Shown here one piece after another: positions 9,857 through 20,000 of a DNA stretch of 20,000 nucleotides. This DNA comes from Catajapyx aquilonaris. Its lineage: Eukaryota. The DNA is taken from positions 56,793 to 76,792 of the forward strand of contig JYFJ02001553.1 of assembly GCA_000934665.2 (NCBI GenBank), read 5' to 3'. Position numbers and translations under genes: made by a program. The notes beneath the pieces were generated by a model. The model made no database searches and was not told the origin of the DNA. It saw only the letters and a list, made by a program, of their open reading frames with translations. Each line of letters begins with the position of its first letter. The first letter of the stretch is position 1.

Positions 9857-12572
9857 TCAGTGCTCTGACTCCGCAACAGCTTGTGCTTCAGACCCTTCCG
9901 GCTCGTACAGCCGCCTTCTCCTCTCCTCTTGCCGAAGCCTGTGCCGATTCAGTCTCCCTGGACACAGATTCGGAAGGACTAGCGTAAGGATGTAGATCAC
10001 CAGACACAACCAAGCCGATGCCATCTTGATCCAAACTGTCGCCCAGTTCTGATTGAAGTTCGCCAAGTTCGCCTTCTGCGGACTATAAGCAAGTGTGAGA
10101 TCAGTACTGCCAACAATGCAATTAGTACATACCGGAACCAGTGTGTGAGCTGCATCATGATGTACATGGTCGCCAAGCAGAAGATGAAGTGGAAGAAGGC
10201 GTAGCTGTACACGTTTCCGTCTGCTTCGTTTCTCATGACCCGCTGACCTCCGTCGTCCTCGATGCGTCTTGACCCTATGTCGATTAATATTAATTTCATG
10301 CGATATCGTACATGGAAGATGATTACCGATCAGGACAGGCCGACAGCAAGCGCACCAGGGAGGCTTCTTCCGCTGCTTTTGCGGAGTCGTGATTTTTATG
10401 CCAAGGGCCTGCGCACTACTTGACGATGTTCCAATGCTGCAATTTTAAAAGAAATTTAAGATGATCCTTCACATTATTCCTGATGAGATCTTACCTCGAG
10501 TAAATGACAGTCAGAAACATGATGACGACTCCGACTGACGGAACAATAAATTCGTTCCACTGCGCAATCTTGTCCGCAGGTCCGCAGTAAAACTTCTGCG
10601 GGCCAATTTCACCGTCGTCGCCAAAAATGCTGCGAAGGTCGTTCAGCGCTACTGCTTCACCTGCTGAGCCGTTATCAAGTTGCGGCTGACGGGGCTCGCT
10701 GCTGACTGCAGTCCAGGTTAGGTACATTACGTACACTGCGATTAAGGAGCTCTGTAAAAAGCCGGCTCTGGAGTCGCCTGTACTTTCTTGCGTGGATGGC
10801 AACACCGAGACGAACACGCCTATGACGGCAAGTCCGGCGGTGATGCCGATCAGAACCTTGTTGGTGATGCAGCCTTCAGCCGACGCAAAGTAGATGTATA
10901 TAAGGACAGTGACGGCCACGAATATGGAGAAGAACACCAGGGCGCAGAATGTCATTGCTGAAACAATTACGGATTAGTTTGCGTACAAAACACGAGAGTA
11001 GTTGTACTCACCTCCGTACCAGAAGCATGAGCTGGCCCCACCCCTGACCTTCTCCCGCCATCGATCAGTCAGGTGATGGGCAAAGTCGACCAGAAGCAGC
11101 AGCTGGATTAGGATGAAGAGGAAGGCACCCACCAGCGCAACGTACATCCAACCATACTGGATCTTGTTGAACTCCTCCGACGGTATGCTGAACATGAGTC
11201 CACACAGGATCACCAAAACGACAAACTTGACCAGCCAGTAGCCGTTGTGGGCACCTGCTCGGCAGCCGCGGGAAGTCGTTACGCCTGCAACAGGGCAGTG
11301 TAAGAGTACATACCTGTAATAAGGGTAATTAAACATGATCATTTACCTATCGTGCCAGCAGCCATACACAGGAAGAAGGCTGCCATGACAAAGGCCACTC
11401 TGTACACGGCCATGTATCCAACAAGCAGGTCGCAGTTGGTCCCCACGTGCAGCAGGATACACGTCGTGTTGAAGTGCGGCACCTGCAACGACCACCATCA
11501 TCAGCCACGGCCCACGCCTCGTCAACGACCATCCTCACCTTCCTCATAATCTCCTCCTGCACCTGGGGCGTGAGCATCAAGCACATGACGACCGACCCCA
11601 TGAACAGAAAGAACGTGTACATCAGCCTGGTGCTGGTCGACTCACGCACCGCCGGAAAGAACCGGCAGCACAGCCGGCACGTCCGCCCTCCACAGCAGCA
11701 GCTCAGCTACGAAATCAAACAAATTATTCATCATCATCATTTCACTTCACTCACTTCATAATTAACTAATACACATAAAAAGTAACTAATAATGTAGCTA
11801 ATAAATAATTAACTAATACACATAAAAAGTAACTAATACTGTAGCTAATAAATAATTAACTAATACACACACAAAGTAACTAATAATGTAGCTAATAAAT
11901 AATTAACTAATACACATAAGTAACTAATAATGCAGCTAATAATGCAGCTAATAATGTAGCTAATAAATAATTAACTACTAATGTAGCTAATAATTAACTA
12001 ATAATGTAGCTAATAATTAACTAATAATGTAGCTAATAATTAACTAATAATGTAGCTAATAATTAACTAATAATGTAGCTAATAATTAACTAATACACCC
12101 AATAAATTCAGTAACTAATACACCCAATAAATTAAGTAACTAATACACCAAATAATATATTATAGCTAATAATAACTAATGATTATTGTTGATAATACAT
12201 AATTAATATTAATAGGGATAAGGTTTATTCCAAATGGAGCAAGAGCGACGTGTGGCTTTGTCGTCAGCTGTCACCAGCTGACAATGTCTTGTTCTGACGA
12301 GTGGTGGACGTTTACGCCATTGTGCTGGGTGTTCCCTTGCTCATTGCGGTGCAAGCCTTCAATGCTGGGCCTGCCCATTGCAAATGCAGCTCTCATATTG
12401 CTGGTGTCATGACTATTCATGGCCAGCATGCAGGACCTTGAAAGGGTCTCTCTCTCTCTCTCTCTCTCTCTCCTCCATACTTCCTGCCTTGCCTTTTTAT
12501 CATTAATAATAATGCCGCGTTTAATTACTACCCTACATCTCTGCTCACCTGCACAGCACAGCAGTCCCTCAT
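9857..12572 (-). CDS. SERINC5: Serine incorporator (SERINC/TMS_TDE family), SERINC5-like; 8 exons, 513 aa
   Basis: Exons 12572-12549, 11706-11539, 11482-11347, 11284-11012, 10957-10495, 10436-10327, 10274-10133 and 10082-9857, all GT-AG and phase-consistent (1542 nt). Family motifs: MRDCCAVQLSCCCG..STSTRLMY, CDLLVGYMAVYRV, RAGAHNGYWLVKF, FILIQLLLLVDFAH, GFLQSSLIAVYVMYLTWTAVSSEP, NEADGNVYSYAFFHFIFCLATMYIMMQLTHW, WATVWIKMAS. Subfamily assignment rests on the N-terminus only. Confidence 0.93.
11758..12190. repeat. AT-rich compound minisatellite in SERINC intron 1
   Basis: Units of ~47 bp (taattaactaatacacataaaaagtaactaataatgtagctaataaa) are followed by ~23-bp units (taattaactaataatgtagctaa). 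Confidence 0.9.
12447..12472. repeat. (CT)n microsatellite in SERINC intron 1
   Basis: Run of tctctctc... read directly. Confidence 0.9.
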
Positions 12573-13159
12573 GGTTCTACGGGGAGGTCAGGGGGTCACG
12601 CCTGGAAGACCATCATCATTTTGGGAAAGTAAAGCCACCACAACAACCACTCCCCGAAAAAAAAAAAGAGTTTTTCTTCCTCTTCTTCTGGTGTGGTTGG
12701 TGACTTTTTCTTTGCGCTGTTGCCGGATCTCGTCGGATTCAATGCTATCGACTCAGGGACTACTCGATATCATTTCAGCTCGAATTTAATGTTCTTTAAA
12801 AATAATGACAAAAAATAAATTGTTGAATAGCACAAACATTGCGATGCGAAAATTAAAAACAATTGGGAATTAATTGGGTTCGAGCGAAGGTGGTACAGTC
12901 CAGACAAAATTTGATATGTCACAAGTGTCACAATAACTGGACACATTTTGTGTAGTGCAACTCATGTAATAATAATAATAATAATGTATGACTTATTTAT
13001 TCCACTTCACTGAAATATAAAAATATGTATTAAATAACTTCAAGCAAGGGCATGGGTGTAGTACATTTATTGTCCAAATAATTACAAATTCACACGACGA
13101 GTTATTCTTCTCCGAAATGAATAAATGACGAGTAGGCTTCTCCTCAGTAAACTTGAACA

Positions 13160-13482
13160 GTAATTAATAAACAATTAATTCACCTTAAATCACTTGGCAT
13201 TAATTTTGACATCTTGATCATTTAATTCATAATAAAGACATTAACACTTTAATTAACCTTATAATAATGGAAAATGAAATTGATTTGTGTGAGCATTAAT
13301 TAACACTTAATCCACCTTAATGACCAACGAAATTTAAATTATTTCAGTTATCTGCTGCATCATTTAATAAACCATTATTAATGTACAAAGAAATTGAATT
13401 ATTTGAGTAATTGTAATTTTTTTTTCTTCAAATTAATCTTAAGCATTAATTAATACAACAACTTAATTCACCTTAATGAGTA
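13160..13482. repeat. Degenerate AT-rich tandem repeat between the STAG-like 3' end and the SERINC start
   Basis: ttaat(t/c)caccttaa recurs near 13175, 13307 and 13463; the last two copies are preceded by agcattaattaa. Confidence 0.55.
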
Positions 13483-13549
13483 CTTGTCAAATATTCTGAA
13501 CCTCATTGCATCAATGTTACATATATTAACCCCCAAAAAATTGTACATA

Positions 13550-16500
13550 TTAATCAGCGAGATCTGATGAGTCACTTTCGCTAATTGTTCCGGCTTGCAT
13601 TATCGCAGTAATTGAATCGATGTCGCTCTCTAATGACACGAGGCTTGGTGCCTCGCTCGTCACGAATGACGAAGCACGACCCCTGAAAATTAATGTGTAA
13701 AAATTATCAATTATTAATTATATCACAATAGAGACAAAAGCTTGGTAATAATTACCTCTTTCGGCGTGGCGTGCCAGCCGATGAAGCATCGCTCACATTG
13801 CCCTCGCTAAATTATAGAAATAATTAAATTGTAATGAGACTGGAATTGCAGAAATTATAATTATTGCAAAACTATACTCACATTTCTGGTGGAAGACGCA
13901 TGAGCGGTTCTGCAGCGAACAAAAACCATGTAATTAGGCGCAACAATTAATGCGACCCAGTGTTTAAAAAATATCTTACCTCTCTTTTTCCTAACGAGCC
14001 GTGCAAGTTTCGCAAATTTCAGCTTCATATTTGCGCAGTATTCGAACACTGTGAGCCACGACTTGTGGCTTCGAGCCGGTGTCGCTCCAGCCAGTTTCTG
14101 ATCCAGGCGACTGATTCTGAACAAATAAAATATATTGCGGTTAGACAAATTGTTGCGCTGCGAAATGTGTGAAGTACTCACACGACACTTGCAAGGTGCA
14201 CGGCCTTTTCACATACGACTTTCAACACCGGGATTATCCAGAGATGAACCGCAGCTTCGGACTTGAAATCCGGATCTGATCCAAGCGCAAGGTCTACGGC
14301 ATCCGCAATGAACTCCTCAGCCAACTGCCTCGTAGTTTGATCATCTTTGGCGAAGAAAATTGACAAATCCGCACCGAGTTGCTGGAAAGACAATTTGTCA
14401 AAAAAGTACCGCAGAAGTCGGCATGGGTCGTACCTTTGCTTCACGAATAGCTTCAATTGGAATCCCATCGTATGAAGCAAGTAATGCATGAATCACAACG
14501 ACTCTGAAGTGTTCACGGTTTTTAACCACAAGTACTTTCAGGTACTTGGTGACAACCACATCGAAATGCGGCTTCCCCTGAAAATTGTACAGGACGAAAC
14601 GGATTCCGTAACGTACATTAATTCATCTAGGATGAAACGTACCTTGCCAAAATATTTGAAGACCCGTCCAATGTGTGGTGGCGGGAGCATCTGCAGGACG
14701 GCAAGCTCGCAGTAACTCTGCATCATGTTGTCATGATCATTCTGCGTCTCTTCCCTCAGATTTTCTGTGGTTAATCATATTTACGTAACGGCCTGGATAT
14801 TTAAAGAGAATTCTGTACTTACCAATCGCTTTTAACATTTGTTTGCAGATAATATCCGCTAGTAATTTAGTTGGCATCTTTCTTATCGTTGCTAGGTCCT
14901 GACGAGTACTGTATTGCGCTCCAAACGTAATGAAGATCTTGCAGGTAGTGACGAAGGACTGTGAACAAATTAATGTGGAATGAAATACACGATATGCCGC
15001 AATTAAAGAAATACTGACGCAATAGTGCAGCTCGCAAAGGTCATCTCTCTTCATAATGTTGGCCAACAGCTTCACGAACAGGTCCGTCTTCCGCTCGATC
15101 TCCTCCAAACTTTGCTGGACTGTCCCGCGAGGCTTACCCGCAGCGTTCGATACGTCCCATGCCAAACTTGAGAAGCAAGCGAGGATGCAGTGGTTCACGG
15201 CCTGTCGAAAAACGCACATTACGCTCGAGCGATATTAACAGTGCATAACAAACCTTATGGCTACGGGATCCTTGGTCCAAACTTTCCTCGACGTGAATGG
15301 CGAGCGAATCCCACAGCTGACATTGCATCATATTGGTATGATTGTAAAGACTCGCTACTTTCTCACAAGCGGTGATCAAATCCAAGTCGTCACAATCTGT
15401 ATCCTGAAAACGACATATGTTCATCACCGTAATTTTACGCAACGAGAGATCAACTTACATCCCATCGCTTGTTGTACTCATCCGTCACCATTTCCGCTAT
15501 CCCATCAATCATGTCAATACAAAAAGCACCTCTGTACGACCCCAATATTCCGACAGCTTTCGATGCAAGTTGGATCACCTCCGAGTCCACATTTTCTTTA
15601 ATGACATCCTGCAGCAACGACAGACAGCTGCGGATCTGATCTTCGTCAACCGTCAACCCCGGACTGAGATTCAGATATTGCGGCAAGTACAGGATGTGTA
15701 CTAAAGTGTCCGGCAAGTTCTTGAACCGGCTCAACATGTCGGGAAGTACTCGCATCAAGTGAGCTGTAAGCGCTTCTTTCTTCTTCGCTAGGATGTGCCG
15801 CTGACTTATCTTCTGCGGGTTTAGCCGATTAGTGCGGTACATTGTACTTCACTTAAAACAGTACAAACCGGTTCACTTCGAGGTCCCGACCCATTGAATT
15901 CCTGCTCAGCGCTGAACTTCAATAGTTGAACCAGAACCGACTCGTCCTGATCAGGCAATGAATCCAGCAGCATCTCGCTCATTACATCCCAATCTTTAAT
16001 AACACTGTGCGAATCCAGTGATTCCACGACCAGATGAATCGAGTCGGTCAGCTGGAAATTACAGCAATTATTTAACGGCGAGACATATCGGCCCATACTT
16101 ACCTTCTGCTCTAGAATGAACTTAATCAGAAGCTGGACATACACTTCATTAGTTTCCGCTAGGTCCTGATCTTTTACGGACATGGCCAGTCGGCTCATCA
16201 GGTACTGTCCGCCTATGACGGCCATTGAGTTGTCGGAAAATAGCATCAGCTTCACCATACGTTTGTGGATGTTCTCGTCAACCAGCGACGGCTCACTTCT
16301 ACATTGCAATAAGTAAATATAATAGTGCAGACAATTTTACATGTTACTTACTTGTAAAAGGCAAGAAGCACTTTCGCAGCCAGAGGTCGTAATGCCAAAT
16401 CTTGACTGACAGTCAGATTCAGTATTTCAATCAGATGATCCAGCGTGAACTGGGTCATGTACGAACTAGTTTCAGGCAACGACAGAAGTTCGAGCAAACA

Positions 16501-17664
16501 CTGAAAAATGTCCCATGTTATTCTCTCAACAATTGTACAGACAACGATACCATACCTGAAGACCCGCTTTCCTTGCTTCCTTGTCCACATCACGGATCCG
16601 ATGAGACAATGCTGTCCGGTTGTCATTATGCGACAGTATCTCATCCGGCCAAAGCTTGGCCCAGTCTGTCATTCCTCGTACGACAGCAATTCGTACGCTC
16701 ACGACCGGATCATCCCGTCGCTTCTTGCAGATTCTGTTGAGTATGTCCTTGCCGATATCACAAATTTGCTCACTTTTGCGCATCAACTTCTGATATTCTG
16801 CCCCGTCTGAATCTTCCAGCCGGTTGTTCAATTCCAGTAAAATCTGAATGATTCCGTTTAACAGGTTGAAAGCTGTAAAAATTTACGTCAGCAAACGTGC
16901 GACTCATTATTGGTATCATTACGTACCTGCTCGTACTCCAACCATCCGCAAGTAAGCCAACTGAATGGATGACAATTCACGCAAGAAGTCAACGAGCACT
17001 TCCATGAAGTTGGAATGACGCAGAACTGCGTACGGAATGTTTACGAACAATTTCTGCATGAATTCGTCCAATGTCGGCAGCAGCTTGTTGCTCCCTCGTT
17101 GGGTCAGGATGCGGTCGTTACGATGTTGCTGTAAATTAATATACTAATTAACAACACATGCGTTTTAATAACTGTTCGTACCAAATGCGCCTGGTTCGGT
17201 CCGCCCATTAACGCTGCGATCACATCCTTTGTCACCAGCGGATTAGTGCGGATCATCTCTTCGGTGACCTTTGCGTTTATTCCACACACGTGAATGACCA
17301 GTTGCATTATACGGAGCAGAGGCTTGTTCTCATCTTGCTCGTAATCTTTGTATAGCTTGCGCACAATGTACTGTAAATGCGTGAAATAAATTTATGAATT
17401 GCGTGTCTGTGCGGATTATACTTGCCTCTATTTTCAGCTTCCGTTCTGTTATGTCGTAGATGATGCTGCCACGTTCAACTTCATCTAAGCCGAACTTCTC
17501 AACCCTTGTTATTGGGCTGCCTGCTGTTGTGGCCTTTCGCTTCCGGGTAGTCTTCGGAGTACTCGCTGCAAATAAAATTAATTATCAGTCACATATACAA
17601 TATTGTACTAAGTACGGTACAACATTGGATAACGTAAATGCTGAATTATCAAAAAATTGTTCAT
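13550..17664 (-). CDS. Highly divergent stromal antigen (STAG/SA/Scc3) cohesin subunit, ~19 exons, ~1007-1020 aa
   Basis: Exons: (17664 or 17625)-17616 [uncertain], 17565-17426, 17370-17182, 17128-16927, 16872-16556, 16500-16352, 16298-16103, 16051-15869, 15812-15459, 15403-15254, 15201-15019, 14958-14823, 14764-14643, 14577-14434, 14381-14182, 14116-13980, 13909-13882, 13806-13756, 13682-13550 (TAA). Introns are 50-75 bp, phases are consistent and there are no internal stops. Collinear STAG-like blocks: YKDYEQDENKPLLRIMQLVIHVCG (cf. [21 protein letters not shown]), FMEVLVDFLRELSSIQLAYLR, RRDDPVVSVRIAVVRGMTDWAKLWP, IKDWDVMSEMLL (cf. LKDWECMTELLL), LTAHLMRVLPDMLSRF..ILYLPQYLNL, VIKENVDSEVIQLASK, VFKYFGK. 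Confidence 0.85.
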
Positions 17665-17802
17665 GTTTCCAACGCTTCTTGCTGCAATCCGACTCCTTCA
17701 ACGTACAGGATGTGTAAGCCGACTCCTTTTAAAGATAAGAGATTCAAAAGTCATCATTTGCTCCTCTGCACTGCATAGCAACAGCCGCAGTTTCCCATCA
17801 CG
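17665..17802. promoter_or_regulatory. Candidate compact bidirectional promoter / 5' UTR exon shared by the STAG-like and ankyrin genes
   Basis: The genes are head to head. A + strand donor G|GTAAGT at 17803 and acceptor TTGCAG| at 17981 suggest a 5' UTR intron of the ankyrin gene. The 10-mer CCGACTCCTT is repeated at 17689 and 17719. Confidence 0.45.
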
Positions 17803-17990
17803 GTAAGTCAAAAAATATTAATTGACCAAACTGTAATAAGCTGCATTAGTACGTAACTGTTTTTAAAAAAGGTGGTAACAAATAATGATTATGATTCCAG
17901 CTAAATCCAGTTTGTGTACAGAACGCTAAGTACTTTCAATCCTTTTAAAAGAGTACGGTACTGAACATGTCACCGTTGCAGGTCCGTACG

Positions 17991-18856
17991 ATGGAATTCC
18001 TGGAGGCCTGCAAGACTGGAAATATACAGAAAGTCAGGTACAATGTGGATTTCTATGCGGACAGCAAACTGATGGAGGTGATGGACCGATGGGACAGAAC
18101 CGGACTTCACTGGGCAGCCTTAATGGGAAAGGCCGAAATCGTGAAGCTACTTGTTGATTGCAAATGGCCTGCGAACCAAACGGACGCTGAAGGGAAGACC
18201 CCGCTGTCCCTGGCCGCATCGCAGGGACATGTCGGTATATGCCACATGCTCATGGTATCCGGGGCATCCGCTGGACTGCAGGATAAGTTTGGGATTGCCG
18301 CGATCCACGTGGCTGCCAATCTGGGACACGTGTCGACAATCAGGGCATTGCTGCAGGGCGGTGCATCACTGCTGCACACCAAATGCTGGAGCGGAGACCA
18401 GCCGCTTCATATTGCGGCCAGGGCAGGGCATATCGATGCGGTAGCACTTTTCCTGGAGAACGGAGCTAACTTGGACGCCCAGGGACATAACGGTCGGACT
18501 GCGTTGCACGAGGCGATCCATGGCGGACACTTGCGCCTAGCCGGCTTTCTTATGCACAAAGGGGCTCGAGCACAGATCAAGGACCAAACGGGTCGCACCG
18601 CAGTCGACGCCGCCCAGGAAAAGGGGTATGACTCGCTGTTCAATCACCTAGATGACAATGTAAGTACTTCACTGGCTCATTAGCCATGTAATTAGTGTGT
18701 TAATCATTGCAGAGATTCCTGCCCCTAAACGACGCATCGTATTGCATGCTGCTGATCATCGCTACCGTCCTCGCAGCATACTGGGTGTTGAAGTCCTGCT
18801 TAGGTCTGGATGCGAGCGATCCATTCAAGACAATTTCAGGCTCTCTGTACGGCTAA
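17991..18856 (+). CDS. Ankyrin-repeat protein (~6 repeats) with C-terminal transmembrane helix, 270 aa
   Basis: Exon 17991-18659 carries ANK consensus repeats (DRTGLHWAALMGK, GKTPLSLAASQGH, GIAAIHVAANLGH, GDQPLHIAARAGH, GRTALHEAIHGGH, GRTAVDAA). Intron 18660-18712 is GTAAGT..TTGCAG, 53 bp. Exon 18713-18856 encodes RFLPLNDASYCMLLIIATVLAAYWVLKSCLGLDASDPFKTISGSLYG*. Confidence 0.88.
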
Positions 18857-19473
18857 CAATGGTGGGACAAATTGTTGCAATAATAATCAATTGTTAGGGC
18901 ATATTGCATATGTAGTTTAATATTGCTCTACGTTTAGTACCGTAGTGGACTGTAATGAAAAGTGCGCACGTACTTGCGGTTGGTACATGTCGTCTCTTAG
19001 GTCCCATCGCTGTGTCAGGCTATCCTGTTTTAACCCCCCCAAAAAATTGTATTAGCAATATTGAAAGCAATTGAAGAAAGTAATAAAGCAACATAAAATT
19101 TAATTGTGAATTAAACCTGTTTTTTTAGCCTTTTTTCACATATGTATAAGCTCCAGGATTATTTTGCAGCTTCCTAATATGTCCTGCTCCTGTGTGACCT
19201 ACACTCACAAAAGGACAAAGAAAAATGACGCCATCAGCAATTGGTCCATTTGAATATGTAAAAAAAATGGAAAAGATATTCAATTGAAGGTCAGGTCGCC
19301 CCATCAACATATCAAAGGAGCCATTTTTTGTCCTGTTTCAAACGTGCCCGCAAAAACATCATACACGGTCATACACTTAAATTTTCACATCATATCTGCC
19401 TGCATTACACTGTTAAATTAATTTATAATTAAGACACTTTTCATCGTTTGAATTTTCCGCCTTTTGGATACAT

Positions 19474-19623
19474 TGAAGCCCAAATGTGTCCGCCATCTTG
19501 CAACTCCATCCATCACGTGACTCCCATCCGCGGTTCACGATTGGTCCAATTCGACACCCAACATGGCCGCCAGTGAAGCCGAAAGTGTCGTCCGCCATCT
19601 TGCTACTCTATCCATCACGTGAC
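19474..19623. promoter_or_regulatory. Duplicated ~50-bp module carrying YY1-like (CCGCCATCTTG) and E-box (TCACGTGAC) motifs
   Basis: gtccgccatcttgcaactccatccatcacgtgac (19488-19521) and gtccgccatcttgctactctatccatcacgtgac (19590-19623). ATTGG/CCAAT and AACATGGCCGCC lie between the copies. It may be transposon-internal rather than a promoter. Confidence 0.4.
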
Positions 19624-20000
19624 CAAATCCCCTCACAGCCATTGGCCCACACCGCACCTAAACATCCACCCTAAAAAATAACAATTAAACACTTTAAAAA
19701 ATAACCACCAAAAAATTAATTACTTTACATAAACAACATTCACTATTAATTATAATTAATTAATTAAACTGCAGTCCCTATTGGCAACCCTGAGTGCCAG
19801 CCTAGCGATGGGCCTGACTGCTCTTTTTCAGAAGCAGCTATCACTGCTATTGCTATTTAGTAATAGCAGCGATTTTAAACAGCTAATGCTATTTAAAAGA
19901 GCTATTTTTTGTAGAGTAGGAAAACGGCCAGGTAGGAGGTGCAGGCGTGCGGGGAGCAAAGGCCCGCCGCAGGCGAAATTTTTTTTGGGTTCAAGGTCAC

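Noticed and set aside
13550..17664. STAG-like locus as a pseudogene
   Set aside because: The fragmentation in the ORF track is fully explained by short introns; the spliced frame has no stops or frameshifts.
13960..17717. Plus-strand ORFs opposite the STAG-like gene (and those opposite SERINC and ankyrin)
   Set aside because: They are antisense shadows of real exons with no recognisable domains.
13526..19051. ttaacccc(cc)caaaaaattgta at ~13527 and ~19030 as piggyBac ends around the STAG/ankyrin pair
   Set aside because: The copies are in direct rather than inverted orientation, low complexity and only ~20 bp long.
18998..19816. aggtcccatcgct / agcgatgggcct as terminal inverted repeats of one element
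   Set aside because: The match is short and gapped, and there is no target-site duplication.

Overview
Eukaryotic (metazoan, probably invertebrate) genomic DNA with very short (~50-75 bp) spliceosomal introns. Four protein-coding genes can be spliced together by hand: (1) the 3' end of an ADAMTS-like 5 gene (spacer + NTR domain, + strand, 1-1187); (2) a complete 8-exon SERINC5-like serine incorporator (- strand, 9857-12572, 513 aa); (3) an intact ~19-exon, ~1010 aa, extremely divergent stromal antigen/STAG/Scc3 cohesin subunit (- strand, 13550-~17664), which has a GC-AG intron and appears to have lost its conserved essential surface residues; (4) a head-to-head ankyrin-repeat gene whose second coding exon adds a C-terminal transmembrane helix (+ strand, 17991-18856). 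The 1.2-9.8 kb interval is repeat-rich. It holds a TA-flanked Tc1/mariner-type foldback MITE, several minisatellites, hairpins, local duplications and a possible small spliced orphan transcript. No CRISPR array, rRNA or tRNA was seen. The divergent STAG paralogue is the strongest candidate for an undescribed system (possibly a meiosis/germline-specific cohesin). All homology calls are by eye and from memory of the families; no searches were run.
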